Shown here: piece after piece, positions 1 to 10,077 of the stretch
Position numbering within the stretch: the stretch's first letter is position 1
How the letters are laid out: every line of letters starts with the position of its first letter
Sequence record: PZ445457.1
DNA: 39,466 bases
Reading direction: 5' to 3' (one strand)
Origin: a phage
Made by a program: the position numbers and the translations under genes
The notes under the pieces: model-generated
The model's input: the letters and a program-made list of their open reading frames with translations, nothing else
Told to the model about the DNA's origin: nothing
The model's database searches: none

Positions 1-59
1 TCAACGTGATTGGTTGTGGATGGGAAGGTAACTACCTACGACGCTCTTCTGGTATCTAA
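1..59 (+). CDS. gene 12: Tail tubular protein B (gene 12), C-terminal fragment; continues in frame from window end 39466
   Basis: Joining 39466 to 1 gives ...TTPLNVIGCGWEGNYLRRSSGI-stop (TAA 57-59), matching the recalled T7 gp12 C-terminus. Shows the window is a circular permutation. Confidence 0.85.
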   Translation, partial: NVIGCGWEGNYLRRSSGI

Positions 60-87
60 CCGTAAACACCCCGACTCAATAAGTGAA

Positions 88-110
88 CAATACGACTCAC
101 TATTGGGAAG
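88..110 (+). promoter_or_regulatory. Phage RNAP promoter (phi13-like)
   Basis: caatacgactcactattgggaag, 23-mer matching the T7 class III promoter core, between gene 12 stop and gene 13 start. Confidence 0.8.
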
Positions 111-137
111 GGGGTTTATACTTAAAGGAGAAACTCT

Positions 138-551
138 ATGTTAATAATCAGACCTACTAAAGAAACAGACTTCGAGAGATTCACTCCGTCACCTGAAGAC
201 ATCGCTGAGGCACATGCCTACGGGATTGAACCATCATTTCCACCAGCTAATGAGTGTGTCACTATGTCCCTTCATGGGATGCCAGTGGCTATAGGTGGCA
301 ATTGTGGCGACCAAGTGTGGTTCGTGACGTCCGCTCGTGTTTGGAAACTAAGCGTGAAGACCCGAAGAGAGTTCCGAAAGCTCATTCTGGAGTATCGTGA
401 TACCATGCTCAAACAGTATCCGATTATCTGGAACTACGTTTGGGTCGGCAACAAGTCCCACATTAGGTTCTTGAAGTCTATTGGTGCGGTGTTCCATAAT
501 GAGTTTACTGGTGACAGTAATCAATTCCAACTATTCACTATAGGAGGTTAA
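138..551 (+). CDS. gene 13: Internal virion protein gp13-like (137 aa)
   Basis: ORF in the syntenic slot between genes 12 and 14, T7 gp13-like size; assigned by position only. Confidence 0.7.
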   Translation: MLIIRPTKETDFERFTPSPEDIAEAHAYGIEPSFPPANECVTMSLHGMPVAIGGNCGDQVWFVTSARVWKLSVKTRREFRKLILEYRDTMLKQYPIIWNYVWVGNKSHIRFLKSIGAVFHNEFTGDSNQFQLFTIGG

Positions 552-553
552 CT

Positions 554-1159
554 ATGTGCTGGATGGCTGCAATCCCAATCGCCATGCAAGGTGCGTCTAT
601 GGTAATGGGCGGTATGCAGGGTGAACAGGCAAAGGCCGCACAGATTGACCAAGGTCGTCGACAAAGCTGGCAGATGATTAAGGAGATGAACTACAACGAT
701 GCTAACCTTAAGTTAGAATCCCGTGACCTCATCGACTCGACTGTCCAAGAGATGACCCAAGCGAATATGAACCGTGTGCGAAACATGGGGACTATCCGTG
801 CGGCAATCGGTGAAGGGATGCTTGAAGGTAACTCAATGGAACGTGTAGCTCGCGTTACTGAGGGTGACTTCCTTCGAGAGTCTCAAGGTCTCACCGAGAA
901 CTACCAACGTGACTACAGTGTCATCTTAGGGAAGCGATTGGCTAACCGTGAGAACACAGTAAGTCAAATCAATGAAATCAACAAGTCCGAACCGCGTCTG
1001 AAAGGCAAGCTGGAACAAATCATTGACCCATTAGGCTTAGGCTTAACGAAGCTGGTCGATGTGGCAACTGCTGGTAGCCCTCTGACTGACAAGCCGGGTA
1101 AGAAGGCAGCTTCCAAGGTTAAGGCTTCAGATGCTAAGTCTACCGGACAAGGCAGGTAA
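554..1159 (+). CDS. gene 14: Internal virion (core) protein gp14 (201 aa)
   Basis: N-terminus MCWMAAIPIA and motifs IRAAIGEGMLEG, RVTEG, ENYQRDY match recalled T7 gp14. Confidence 0.9.
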   Translation: MCWMAAIPIAMQGASMVMGGMQGEQAKAAQIDQGRRQSWQMIKEMNYNDANLKLESRDLIDSTVQEMTQANMNRVRNMGTIRAAIGEGMLEGNSMERVARVTEGDFLRESQGLTENYQRDYSVILGKRLANRENTVSQINEINKSEPRLKGKLEQIIDPLGLGLTKLVDVATAGSPLTDKPGKKAASKVKASDAKSTGQGR

Positions 1160-1176
1160 ACACAGGAGGTAACTGT

Positions 1177-3456
1177 ATGAGTAAGTTAGCACAAGCATTG
1201 GGTAACATGGGTGCTCCTGCCGCAAGCCGACTCCGTGGCACTGGTCGTATGGATGTTAAGGCTGCGACTGTCTATGAAGACCCTAGCTATGCCAATAAGT
1301 CTGCACTGATTGGGACTGTGGGTAAACTTGCTGAGATGGGTGCTGATGCGTACATGAAGTATGACCAGAAGCAGAAGGACAAGGCAGATGAGCGCTCCAA
1401 CGAGATTATCCGCAAGTTGACTCCTGAGCAACGCCGTGAGGCCATTAAGAATGGGACACTGCTGTATCAGGATGACCCTTACGCGATGGAAGCATTGAAG
1501 ATTAAGACTGGTCGTAATGCGGCCTACTTGGTTGACGATGAGGTTGCACAGAAGGTTAAGAACGGCGAGTTCCGTACTCGTCAAGAGTTGGAAGAGTTCC
1601 GTCACAGCCGACTACAAGAAGCCGCTAAGAACTATGCGGAACAGTTCGGTATCAATGAGTCCGATGAGTTTTATCAGAAGGGTTTCAACTCCGACATCAC
1701 TGAACGTAACATCGCCCTTTATGGTGCTCATGATAACTTCCTGAGCGACCAAGCTAAGAAAGGTGCTGTCATCAACAGTCGTGTAGAACTGAACTCTGTG
1801 CTCAACGACCCTGAGACCCTTCGTTCCCCTTATGCTGGTGAGTTCTTTGAGAACTACTTCAGTGCCGGATTGACTACAGGAAGTATCCCTAGTGATGACC
1901 AAGCGTTCACCATGATTAGCCAAGGTCTCTCTGACGTGGTTAACCGTGAGGGCGGTGGTCAGTTCCTGCAACAGATTGAGAACCGTAAGGTCAAACTGCA
2001 TGGCAAGGAGACTACCTTCAAGGAACTGATGGGTGCCGAACAGTGGAATAACTTGATGGTCAAGGCTCAACATAATGAGTTCCAACTGAACGCTAAGAAG
2101 ACCGAGGCGTTCCAGCTTAATGTGAACTCCGCGTTGAACCAAGAGAACGTCAACACTGGATGGGAACAGCTTCAGTCTATCAAGGCAGAACTGGACACGC
2201 TGCAACCGGGCGAAGAGATGACACCTGAACGTCAGGCTCTAATCAACGCGCAGATGCAGATGCAGGACCGGATGAAGCGAGAGACCGCTGAGTTAGCCAA
2301 GCAGATGGACAAGCAACAGAAGTCAATGAACAAGATGAACGTCATTGACGCACAGTTCCAGAAGCGACTCAATGGTCAGTATGTGTCTACTGCGTATGGC
2401 GATATGCCTACCAACGAGAACACTGGTGAGTTCACCCATAGTGATATGGTCAACTATGCTAACAAGAAGCTGGCTGACATCGACGCTATGGGTATTCCTG
2501 ATGCACAGAAGGACCGCATGAAGCTAGACTACCTCAAGGCTGACTCCGAGAAGGGTGCTTTCCGTACTGCGGTAGGTGAACTGATTGGTGACGCTGAGAA
2601 GGAATGGACGTCCGCTGTGATTAACGGGAAGATGCCTGAAGATGGCGGTGTGGCTCTTAACGCTCTTCGTCGTGTTCGTAATGCTGACCCTGAGTTATTT
2701 GCTGCGCTGTATCCTGATAAAGCCGAGATGTTCCTCACGATGGACATGATGGACAACCAAGGGATTGACCCGCAGATTCTCTTAGATGCAGACAAGGCTC
2801 GACAATCTCTGACCAAGGATATGCAGTATGAGGATGACAAGGCATGGGCTGCTCTTAAGAACAACTCACAGTCTCCTGAATTATCCCGTATGCCAGCCAC
2901 CTTGGATGCTGGTGCTCGTAAGATTTATGACTCTGTGAAGTACCGTACTGGCAATGCTGATATGGCGATGCAACAGGTCGATAAGTACCTCAAAGAGAAC
3001 ACAACGACTCTCACTGGTGATGATGTTGATGGTGATACCATTGGTGTCTTAACGAGAAACTCTCTACGTGTGACCGATGACCCGGACTCTTGGAAACAGG
3101 GTAAGGACATCATCGACCAAGCTGCGAAGAAACTCGCTGAGACTAACCCTTGGGTGACTAACAAGCAACTCACTGTGTTCGAGCGTGGTGACTCTATCTA
3201 CCTGATGGATACGACAGGACAGGTTAACGTAAGATATGACAAGCAGTTGCTCTCTAAGATGTACCAAGAGAATCAAGCTAAGTTGGATGCTACTGCCCGT
3301 GACAAGGCACTTAAAGATGCCAACAAGCGAACCCTACATACACGAGCTATGAACCGCAAGCGTGAACGTGAAGCTAAGAAGCCTAAACGCTCTGGCAGCA
3401 TGTACGATAGCGTAAGTGGCAAAGGTATTCTGGATACGCTGACTGGTAAAGACTAA
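1177..3456 (+). CDS. gene 15: Internal virion (core) protein gp15 (759 aa)
   Basis: Long collinear match to recalled T7 gp15 (ADERSNEIIRKLTPEQRREA, LLYQDDPYAMEAL, SIYLMDTTGQVNVRYDK). Confidence 0.95.
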   Translation: MSKLAQALGNMGAPAASRLRGTGRMDVKAATVYEDPSYANKSALIGTVGKLAEMGADAYMKYDQKQKDKADERSNEIIRKLTPEQRREAIKNGTLLYQDDPYAMEALKIKTGRNAAYLVDDEVAQKVKNGEFRTRQELEEFRHSRLQEAAKNYAEQFGINESDEFYQKGFNSDITERNIALYGAHDNFLSDQAKKGAVINSRVELNSVLNDPETLRSPYAGEFFENYFSAGLTTGSIPSDDQAFTMISQGLSDVVNREGGGQFLQQIENRKVKLHGKETTFKELMGAEQWNNLMVKAQHNEFQLNAKKTEAFQLNVNSALNQENVNTGWEQLQSIKAELDTLQPGEEMTPERQALINAQMQMQDRMKRETAELAKQMDKQQKSMNKMNVIDAQFQKRLNGQYVSTAYGDMPTNENTGEFTHSDMVNYANKKLADIDAMGIPDAQKDRMKLDYLKADSEKGAFRTAVGELIGDAEKEWTSAVINGKMPEDGGVALNALRRVRNADPELFAALYPDKAEMFLTMDMMDNQGIDPQILLDADKARQSLTKDMQYEDDKAWAALKNNSQSPELSRMPATLDAGARKIYDSVKYRTGNADMAMQQVDKYLKENTTTLTGDDVDGDTIGVLTRNSLRVTDDPDSWKQGKDIIDQAAKKLAETNPWVTNKQLTVFERGDSIYLMDTTGQVNVRYDKQLLSKMYQENQAKLDATARDKALKDANKRTLHTRAMNRKREREAKKPKRSGSMYDSVSGKGILDTLTGKD

Positions 3457-3479
3457 CAGACCACGATAGGAGGTTCCAA

Positions 3480-6400
3480 GTGGATAAGTATAACCCGAAC
3501 GAACCGCATGAATATGATGCGTTATTTCAACAAGCTGCTGACACACATGGAGTCTCCTATGGCCTTCTTCGGAAGGTCGGTTGGGTAGAGTCCCGCTTTA
3601 AACCTACGGCTCAATCACCAACAGGGCCGCGAGGTGTCATGCAGTTCACTAAGGCAACTGGTCAGGCTTATGGTCTCCAGAACGATGAGGACTTCACTGA
3701 CCCGGCTAAGTCCATTGATGCAGGTGCTCGTTACCTTGCAGACCTCGTTAAGAAGTACGATGGCGATGAACTTAAAGCTGCCCTAGCGTACAACCAAGGT
3801 GAAGGACGCAATGGTAAGCCACAACTGGAAGCCTACGATTCTGGCAACTTTGCCAACATTGGGGATGAAGGTCGTAACTATCTCCGCTCACTTCTGGATG
3901 TCGCTAAGTCTCCTAAGAGTGGTGACATTGAGTCCTTCGGTGGTATCACCCCAAAGGGTAAAGGGATTCCGTTCGATGCTGCTATGAGTGGTATCGGGAA
4001 GAAAGGAAAGGTAACTACAGAACTCCCTGAGTCTCACTCAATGTCCTTTCAAGGTAAAGAACAGGCCGCTCCCAATCAGCCGTTCGGAAAAGACTATTGG
4101 GAAGCAAAAGGAACTACACTCGACGAAGCCAATGAGCGTTCAACCTTCTTCGGATTCGGTAATGCTGCTGAAGCAGAACTCTCCAACTCAACCTTGGGTG
4201 TGGCCTTCCGTGCTGGTAAGCGTGATAATGGTTTCGATGTTGTTACTGATGTACTTCAACCGACACGGTTTAACAGCCACATTTGGTCGCCTGAAGAACT
4301 CGAAAGGATTCGCAACGAAGTGAAGAACCCGGCGTACATGAACGTAGTGCTTGGAGGTTCCTCTGAGAATCTGGATGAACTCATCAAGTTAGCTAACGAG
4401 AACTATGAGTTGGACTCTAAGGCCGCTGATGCTGGACTTGGTGCGAAACTATCTGCTGGGATTATTGGCGCTGGTGTTGACCCGTTGACCTACGTTCCTA
4501 TCGCTGGGACTGCGGCTAAAGGGTTCAAGCTGGTTAACAAGGCGTTGATTGTAGGTGCTCAAGCTGGCGCTCTTAATGTGGCCTCTGAGGGACTCCGCAC
4601 ATCGGTTGCTGGTGGTGATGCTCACTATGCTGAAGCTGCCCTTGCTGGTATGCTATTCGCTGGTGGCCTTACCGCTATTGCTGATGGTGTGGCTGCTGGT
4701 CTCCGTAAGTCCGGTGCCGAACAGATTGAGAACCCGTTTGCTGCTGCACAGATGCGCTTTGAGGCCCGTGAGACTGCCCGTAACACTGGTGGACATGACG
4801 CAAGTCGAATGCCTCCTAGTGAAGACCGAGTGTTCTCACAGCACAACGGCGTTGAGTATTCACCTCTTGAGACCGAACCGGGTGCCGTAGTGTTGCGTGA
4901 TGGTTCCATTATCAGTGACACCAACTTAGCTAACCCGATGACAGCCAAAGAGTTCGCCGAGGTGGACCCTGAACGTGCTGCATGGGGATTGCCTATGCGT
5001 GGACTGAGTGAAATCGGCTTGAGGACTTTACGTTCTGAACACGCTGAAATCCGTGGTCTCGCTAAGGACTTAGTGCGCTCACCTACAGGTATGGAGTCCG
5101 GTACTCATGGTAAGTTCGGTGCTACGGCATCTGACATCAAAGAGCGTCTGCACAATACGAACCAGCGAACCTACAACGACCTCTATAGTGCAATGAAGGA
5201 AGCGATGGCTGACCCTGAGTGGTCTGTGGGTATGTTCAAGCAGGGCGCTCAAGGTGCTCGTCAGGAAATCTATCGTCGTGCTGCAATCGCTATTGAGCGT
5301 CCAGAACTTCAGGCCAACTTAACGAAGGCTGAACGTAAGGTAATGGACATAATGAAGGAACACTTCGACCTCAAGCGTGAGATGATGGAGAACCCCTCTA
5401 TGTTCGGTAACAAGGCAACCTCTATCTTCCCCAATAGTCGCCACAAAGGGACTTACGTTCCTCATGTGTACTCACGGGAAGCAAAGCAGTTGTACTCACA
5501 GGCTCTTGGTGGTACTGACGGTTTACAGGAAGCTATTGTTGCAAGCTGGATGACATCATACCGTTCACGTCCTGAAGTTAAGGCTCGTGTGGATGAGCAT
5601 TTAGCGGAGACCTTGGGTATCGACCCTAAAGCTGTGACCGAAGAGATGGTGATGAAACATGCCAGCGACAAGGCTTATGGTATTGCGAAGACAGATGAGT
5701 TCAACTCTTCAAGTGTCATCGACGATAACATTGAGGGTCTCGTAGGGATTGAGAACAACTCGTTCCTTGAAGCCCGTAACCTGTTCGACTCTGACATGCC
5801 AGTCACCTTACCGAATGGACAACAGTTCTCTGTGAATGACCTCCGTGACTTCGATATGAAGCATGTGATGCCAGCCTATGACCGCCGTGTTGATGGTGAC
5901 ATCGCTATCATGGGTGGTACAGGAAAGACTACTGCTGAACTCAAGGATTCCATTATGGCTCTCGATAAGAAGTCTGAAGGCAAAGGCGCAATGAAAGGTG
6001 AAGTGGAGGCGCTCAAGGATACCATTAAGATTCTCACAGGCCGTGCTCGACGCAATCAGGATACTATGGGTGACACTATGGTTCGCGCTCTGTCCGATAT
6101 GTCCTTCTTTACGAAGAACGCATACATGGGCTTACAGAACCTAACTGAAATCTCCGGTCTCTTGGCGAAGGGTAACACCCGTGCGATGCTTCATGGCATC
6201 CCCGCTCTGCGTGACCTAGCGTTCCGTAACAAGCCAGTGTCCGGTAAGGAACTTAAGGAACTACACTCTATGGTGTTCGGTAAAGAGTTTGATGACTTAA
6301 TCAGACCGACACGTCAGGACATCATTCAGCGACTCCGTGAGTCAACCGATACTCCAGATTTGGCTGCTAAGGTTGTTGGGACTATCAAGCACACGACTCA

Positions 6401-7427
6401 AGAGTTAGCGGCTCGCTCCCCGTTCACCAAGTTCCTGAATGGTACATCAAACTACATTCTCGACATGGCTCGACAGGGTGTGATGGGAGATGTGGTCACT
6501 CATGCTATCACTGGCAAGGGTGCCAACAAGTGGATTAAGAAGGACATGCTGAAGTCTGCGAGTATCTCAAAGGAACAATGGGAAGGCATTCAGAACCTCA
6601 TCCGTGAGAACGTCACTCAAGGTGCTGACGGTAAGTACACCTTCAAGGACAAGCGCAAGCTGGCTAATGACCCTCGTGCTATGGACTTGTGGCGCTTAGC
6701 TGATAAGGTTGCCGATGAGACAATGCTGAGACCTCACAAGGTTTCACTTCAGGATTCTCATGCCTATGGTGCCGCTGCCAAGCTGGTGCTTCAGTTCAAG
6801 TCCTTTGTCATCAAGTCGATGAACGCTAAGTTTATTCGCTCCGGTCACGAGGCTATGAAGAACCATCGAGCTATGGACATGGCGTTAACCTATGCAATCT
6901 CTGGTGGCATCGCTGGTGCTTACTATGTTGCACAGGCGCATATGAAGGCTGCGGGTCTACCTAAAGAGCAACAGAAGGATTACTTGAAGAAAGCTCTTGA
7001 CCCTAAGATGATTGCGTATGCTGCTGCATCCCGTAGTTCACACTTAGGTTCCCCGTTGAGTATCGCCAACTTCGCTATGGGTGCTGCTGGTTACGACCAA
7101 GGTCTCATGGTGCGCTCTACGATTCTACCGAAAGGAGAAGACAAGCGTGACAGGAACAAAGCAGTGACCTCTCGTGATATGGGCGAATCCATCATGGGCG
7201 CTATTGGTGAACAGATTCCTGCTCTTGGTTTCGCTGGGGCAACTCTTGCTGCTGGTCGAAATGCTTATGGTGTCCTAACGGCTCCTAACAAAGTGACCGA
7301 GCGCGAGATGATGACTGGCTTGATGAATGCTCATCGTGAGATGGTTCCTAACGACCCTATCACTCAACAGATGCTCATTAAGTTCTATGAGGCTAACGGT
7401 GTTCACCTTAAGGCTGACAAGAAGTAA
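3480..7427 (+). CDS. gene 16: Internal virion protein gp16 with N-terminal lytic transglycosylase domain (1315 aa), GTG start
   Basis: GTG start; MDKYNP..., SLT-like segment GWVESRF...GVMQFTKATGQAYGL...ALAYNQGEG; collinear with recalled T7 gp16. Confidence 0.95.
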   Translation: MDKYNPNEPHEYDALFQQAADTHGVSYGLLRKVGWVESRFKPTAQSPTGPRGVMQFTKATGQAYGLQNDEDFTDPAKSIDAGARYLADLVKKYDGDELKAALAYNQGEGRNGKPQLEAYDSGNFANIGDEGRNYLRSLLDVAKSPKSGDIESFGGITPKGKGIPFDAAMSGIGKKGKVTTELPESHSMSFQGKEQAAPNQPFGKDYWEAKGTTLDEANERSTFFGFGNAAEAELSNSTLGVAFRAGKRDNGFDVVTDVLQPTRFNSHIWSPEELERIRNEVKNPAYMNVVLGGSSENLDELIKLANENYELDSKAADAGLGAKLSAGIIGAGVDPLTYVPIAGTAAKGFKLVNKALIVGAQAGALNVASEGLRTSVAGGDAHYAEAALAGMLFAGGLTAIADGVAAGLRKSGAEQIENPFAAAQMRFEARETARNTGGHDASRMPPSEDRVFSQHNGVEYSPLETEPGAVVLRDGSIISDTNLANPMTAKEFAEVDPERAAWGLPMRGLSEIGLRTLRSEHAEIRGLAKDLVRSPTGMESGTHGKFGATASDIKERLHNTNQRTYNDLYSAMKEAMADPEWSVGMFKQGAQGARQEIYRRAAIAIERPELQANLTKAERKVMDIMKEHFDLKREMMENPSMFGNKATSIFPNSRHKGTYVPHVYSREAKQLYSQALGGTDGLQEAIVASWMTSYRSRPEVKARVDEHLAETLGIDPKAVTEEMVMKHASDKAYGIAKTDEFNSSSVIDDNIEGLVGIENNSFLEARNLFDSDMPVTLPNGQQFSVNDLRDFDMKHVMPAYDRRVDGDIAIMGGTGKTTAELKDSIMALDKKSEGKGAMKGEVEALKDTIKILTGRARRNQDTMGDTMVRALSDMSFFTKNAYMGLQNLTEISGLLAKGNTRAMLHGIPALRDLAFRNKPVSGKELKELHSMVFGKEFDDLIRPTRQDIIQRLRESTDTPDLAAKVVGTIKHTTQELAARSPFTKFLNGTSNYILDMARQGVMGDVVTHAITGKGANKWIKKDMLKSASISKEQWEGIQNLIRENVTQGADGKYTFKDKRKLANDPRAMDLWRLADKVADETMLRPHKVSLQDSHAYGAAAKLVLQFKSFVIKSMNAKFIRSGHEAMKNHRAMDMALTYAISGGIAGAYYVAQAHMKAAGLPKEQQKDYLKKALDPKMIAYAAASRSSHLGSPLSIANFAMGAAGYDQGLMVRSTILPKGEDKRDRNKAVTSRDMGESIMGAIGEQIPALGFAGATLAAGRNAYGVLTAPNKVTEREMMTGLMNAHREMVPNDPITQQMLIKFYEANGVHLKADKK

Positions 7428-7428
7428 T

Positions 7429-7451
7429 CAATACGACTCACTAATGGGAAG
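7429..7451 (+). promoter_or_regulatory. Phage RNAP promoter (phi17-like)
   Basis: caatacgactcactaatgggaag immediately upstream of the tail fiber gene. Confidence 0.8.
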
Positions 7452-7498
7452 GCTCACACAGCTTCCCTCTATCCAACACATTCGAAAGGAGGCTACAG

Positions 7499-9466
7499 AT
7501 GGCTAACAAGATTCGTACTGTGATGACTTACCCGCTGAATGGTGCCGTGAACTTCACGATTACCTTTGATTATCTGGCTCGTAAGTTCATCCAAGTGACA
7601 CTTATTGGTAAAGACCGTAAAGAACTGGTTCTCAATCAGGACTACCGTTTTACCAGTAAGACTCAAATTACAACTACTCGTGCGTGGACTGCCGCTGATG
7701 GCTACCAGATGATTGAGATTCGTCGATTCACTTCGGCTACCGACCGTCTGGTTGATTTTGCTGATGGCTCAATCCTCCGTGCATATGACCTGAACATCTC
7801 GCAGATTCAAACCCTGCACGTTGCCGAAGAAGCACGAGACCTCACTGCGGATACCATTGGTGTCAACAATGATGGTCACTTAGATGCTCGTGGTCGTAAG
7901 ATTGTCAACTTGGCGTATGCCACAAATGACTATGATGCTGTTCCTTTAAAGCAGGTTAAAGAGCGTGAATCCTCTGCATGGAATGCTGTAACAAAGGCTA
8001 ACGAACATGCCGACCGTTCCAATAAGGAAGCAAACCGTTCTCGTGATGAGGCCAACCGTGCTCAACGTGAAGCTGACCGCTCAACTCAACAGGCAGGTGT
8101 CTCTACGCAACAAGCAGTTGAGTCCAAGAAGCAAGCTGACCGTTCCAACTCTGAGGCCAACCGAGCTAAAGGTTATGCTGAAAGTATGACCGCAAGTGTC
8201 GCTGAGGCTAAGAAACAGGCTGACCGTTCCAACTCTGAGGCTAATCGTGCTCGTGATGAGGCCAACCGTGCTGCTGGAGAAGTGACTAAAGCTGCCGCTG
8301 AGGTTGCCAAGGCTGCTGCACACGTTGAGACCGCTAAGGGCCATGCTGACCGAGCCAACACTGAGGCAAACCGCTCTAAGAGTGAAGCTGACCGTGCAAA
8401 GACCGAGGCTGACAAGTTGGGGAACATGAACTCACTGGCTGAGGCTATTGACAGGGTTGAGGCTCCTGATGTTTACTTCAAGAGGAATGTTATAGCCGGA
8501 CACAGATTGGAGACTTCTGGAGGCTCACATCTTCACCCTAATGAGATTAAATTGGTTAACAATAAATCTCCAGACCAGCACTTCATTGTACAAGCGTGGG
8601 GAACTGGAGATCCTAATAATAGGGCGCAGGTGTTTGAGGTGAAGGATAACTTGGGTCAATACGCATTCTATATCCAGCGCCAGAAGAAGACAGACCAAAC
8701 TTGGCAAATGAGTGTGAACGGCTCTCTATCCTGCCAAATAGTAAATTCAAACTTGGGAATAGAATCCACTAACGAGAAGGCCACTGTCAAGTTTAAGACG
8801 TGGGGTGGTGGGTGGGACCAATGGACTGGTGTTGGTGTCCCTAACGTGCAGCATGACATTGCGGGACAGGGAGATGTAGCGTATCTCCTTGAGAGGGCAA
8901 CGATATGGGGCAAGGAACATTTATATGCAAAGGCATTATATAACAACGGCAATGGGGCATCATTCTTCATTCGCCACTACCTGAGAGGGGCATACTTTGA
9001 CCTACGGTCCGATGGCACTCTTATCAGTTCGACTGGTTGGAATATCCCAGCCGATGGCAACCTGTACATCAGGAAGTATGGGCTGTACATTGACGCGTGG
9101 GTCAACAAACGCCTTGGCGAACATGCCTACAACAAGAGCGAGACAGACAACCTAGTGAATGGTCGATTGACACAAGCACAAGCTGATGGGCGATACGTCC
9201 GTAAGAATGCTGGGTGGGCTGAAGTGTGGGAAGGAAGTGCTGGAGGTGGTGTCTCGGTGGGTCTCTCTCAAGATGTCCGCTGGAGAACCATCTGGATTCA
9301 AACACAAGGTCGATGGAACCCTGTTCAAATTGGGGACAATGGGTCTTACTATATCTCATCGAACGGAGGTTGGCTACAGTTTACCATCTCGAATAACGGT
9401 AGAACATTCCGTAACGATGCGGATAGAGCCTCTGTTCCTACGAGAATCTTGGTTCAAAACCAATAA
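7499..9466 (+). CDS. gene 17: Tail fiber protein gp17 (655 aa); conserved N-terminal tail-attachment domain, expanded repetitive shaft, divergent C-terminal receptor-binding region
   Basis: N-terminal ~150 aa and C-terminal tip (WEGSAGGGVSVGLSQDVRWRTIWI...SNGGWLQFTISNNG) match recalled T7 gp17; middle contains ADRSNxEANRA repeats. Confidence 0.95.
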   Translation: MANKIRTVMTYPLNGAVNFTITFDYLARKFIQVTLIGKDRKELVLNQDYRFTSKTQITTTRAWTAADGYQMIEIRRFTSATDRLVDFADGSILRAYDLNISQIQTLHVAEEARDLTADTIGVNNDGHLDARGRKIVNLAYATNDYDAVPLKQVKERESSAWNAVTKANEHADRSNKEANRSRDEANRAQREADRSTQQAGVSTQQAVESKKQADRSNSEANRAKGYAESMTASVAEAKKQADRSNSEANRARDEANRAAGEVTKAAAEVAKAAAHVETAKGHADRANTEANRSKSEADRAKTEADKLGNMNSLAEAIDRVEAPDVYFKRNVIAGHRLETSGGSHLHPNEIKLVNNKSPDQHFIVQAWGTGDPNNRAQVFEVKDNLGQYAFYIQRQKKTDQTWQMSVNGSLSCQIVNSNLGIESTNEKATVKFKTWGGGWDQWTGVGVPNVQHDIAGQGDVAYLLERATIWGKEHLYAKALYNNGNGASFFIRHYLRGAYFDLRSDGTLISSTGWNIPADGNLYIRKYGLYIDAWVNKRLGEHAYNKSETDNLVNGRLTQAQADGRYVRKNAGWAEVWEGSAGGGVSVGLSQDVRWRTIWIQTQGRWNPVQIGDNGSYYISSNGGWLQFTISNNGRTFRNDADRASVPTRILVQNQ

Positions 9467-9510
9467 TGGAATACAACGAGACCACGGATGGCTGACATTA
9501 GGAGGACATA

Positions 9511-9717
9511 ATGTTGTCATTGGATTTTAACAACGAGGTAGTGAAGGCTGCTCCGATTGTAGGGACAGGTGTAGCCGATGGTGCTGCCAGACTGTTCTTC
9601 GGCCTATCACTTAACGAGTGGTTTTATGTAGCCGCAATTGCCTACACAGTGGCTCAAATTGGTGCCAAGGTAGTCGATGTGGTTATCAAATGGAAGAAGG
9701 AGGGTAGAGATGTCTAA
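9511..9717 (+). CDS. gene 17.5: Class II holin gp17.5 (68 aa)
   Basis: MLSLDFNNEVVKAAPIVGTGVADGAARLFFGLSLNEWFYVAAIAYTVAQIGAKVVD, near identical to recalled T7 gp17.5. Confidence 0.95.
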   Translation: MLSLDFNNEVVKAAPIVGTGVADGAARLFFGLSLNEWFYVAAIAYTVAQIGAKVVDVVIKWKKEGRDV

Positions 9718-9979
9718 CGATAAATCTTTGATTCAATTCCTTGAGATGCTGGATACTGAGATGGCCCAACGTATGCTGAAAGACCTTCAGGATGACGAGA
9801 AGCGCACACCTCAACTGTACAACGCAATCGGGAAACTATTAGAACGCCACAAGTTCCAAGTCTCCAAGTTACAGCCAGACCGTAACATCCTTGGTGGACT
9901 TGCTGATGGACTTCAGGAGTATCAGAACCTAGTAGGCTCCGATGGTCTAACTGAAGATGAGAAGTACACGCTGAACTGA
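9710..9979 (+). CDS. gene 18: Terminase small subunit gp18 (89 aa)
   Basis: Internal ATG at 9710 after RBS aggaggg; MSNDKSLIQFLEMLDTEMAQRML...LYNAIGKLLERHKFQ matches recalled T7 gp18; overlaps 3' end of 17.5. Confidence 0.9.
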   Translation: MSNDKSLIQFLEMLDTEMAQRMLKDLQDDEKRTPQLYNAIGKLLERHKFQVSKLQPDRNILGGLADGLQEYQNLVGSDGLTEDEKYTLN

Positions 9980-9990
9980 TGGTAATACTC

Positions 9991-10014
9991 AAGGCCACTA
10001 CATCTAGTGGTCTT
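9991..10014 (+). promoter_or_regulatory. RNA hairpin, candidate RNase III processing site (R18.5-like)
   Basis: aaggccacta-catc-tagtggtctt, 8-bp stem with one G-U pair, between genes 18 and 18.5. Confidence 0.4.
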
Positions 10015-10077
10015 TATGAATTATCAACACAACTCACGGTGACTCTACGTGAAATCTGAGAAATGGGGAGGGTAGTT

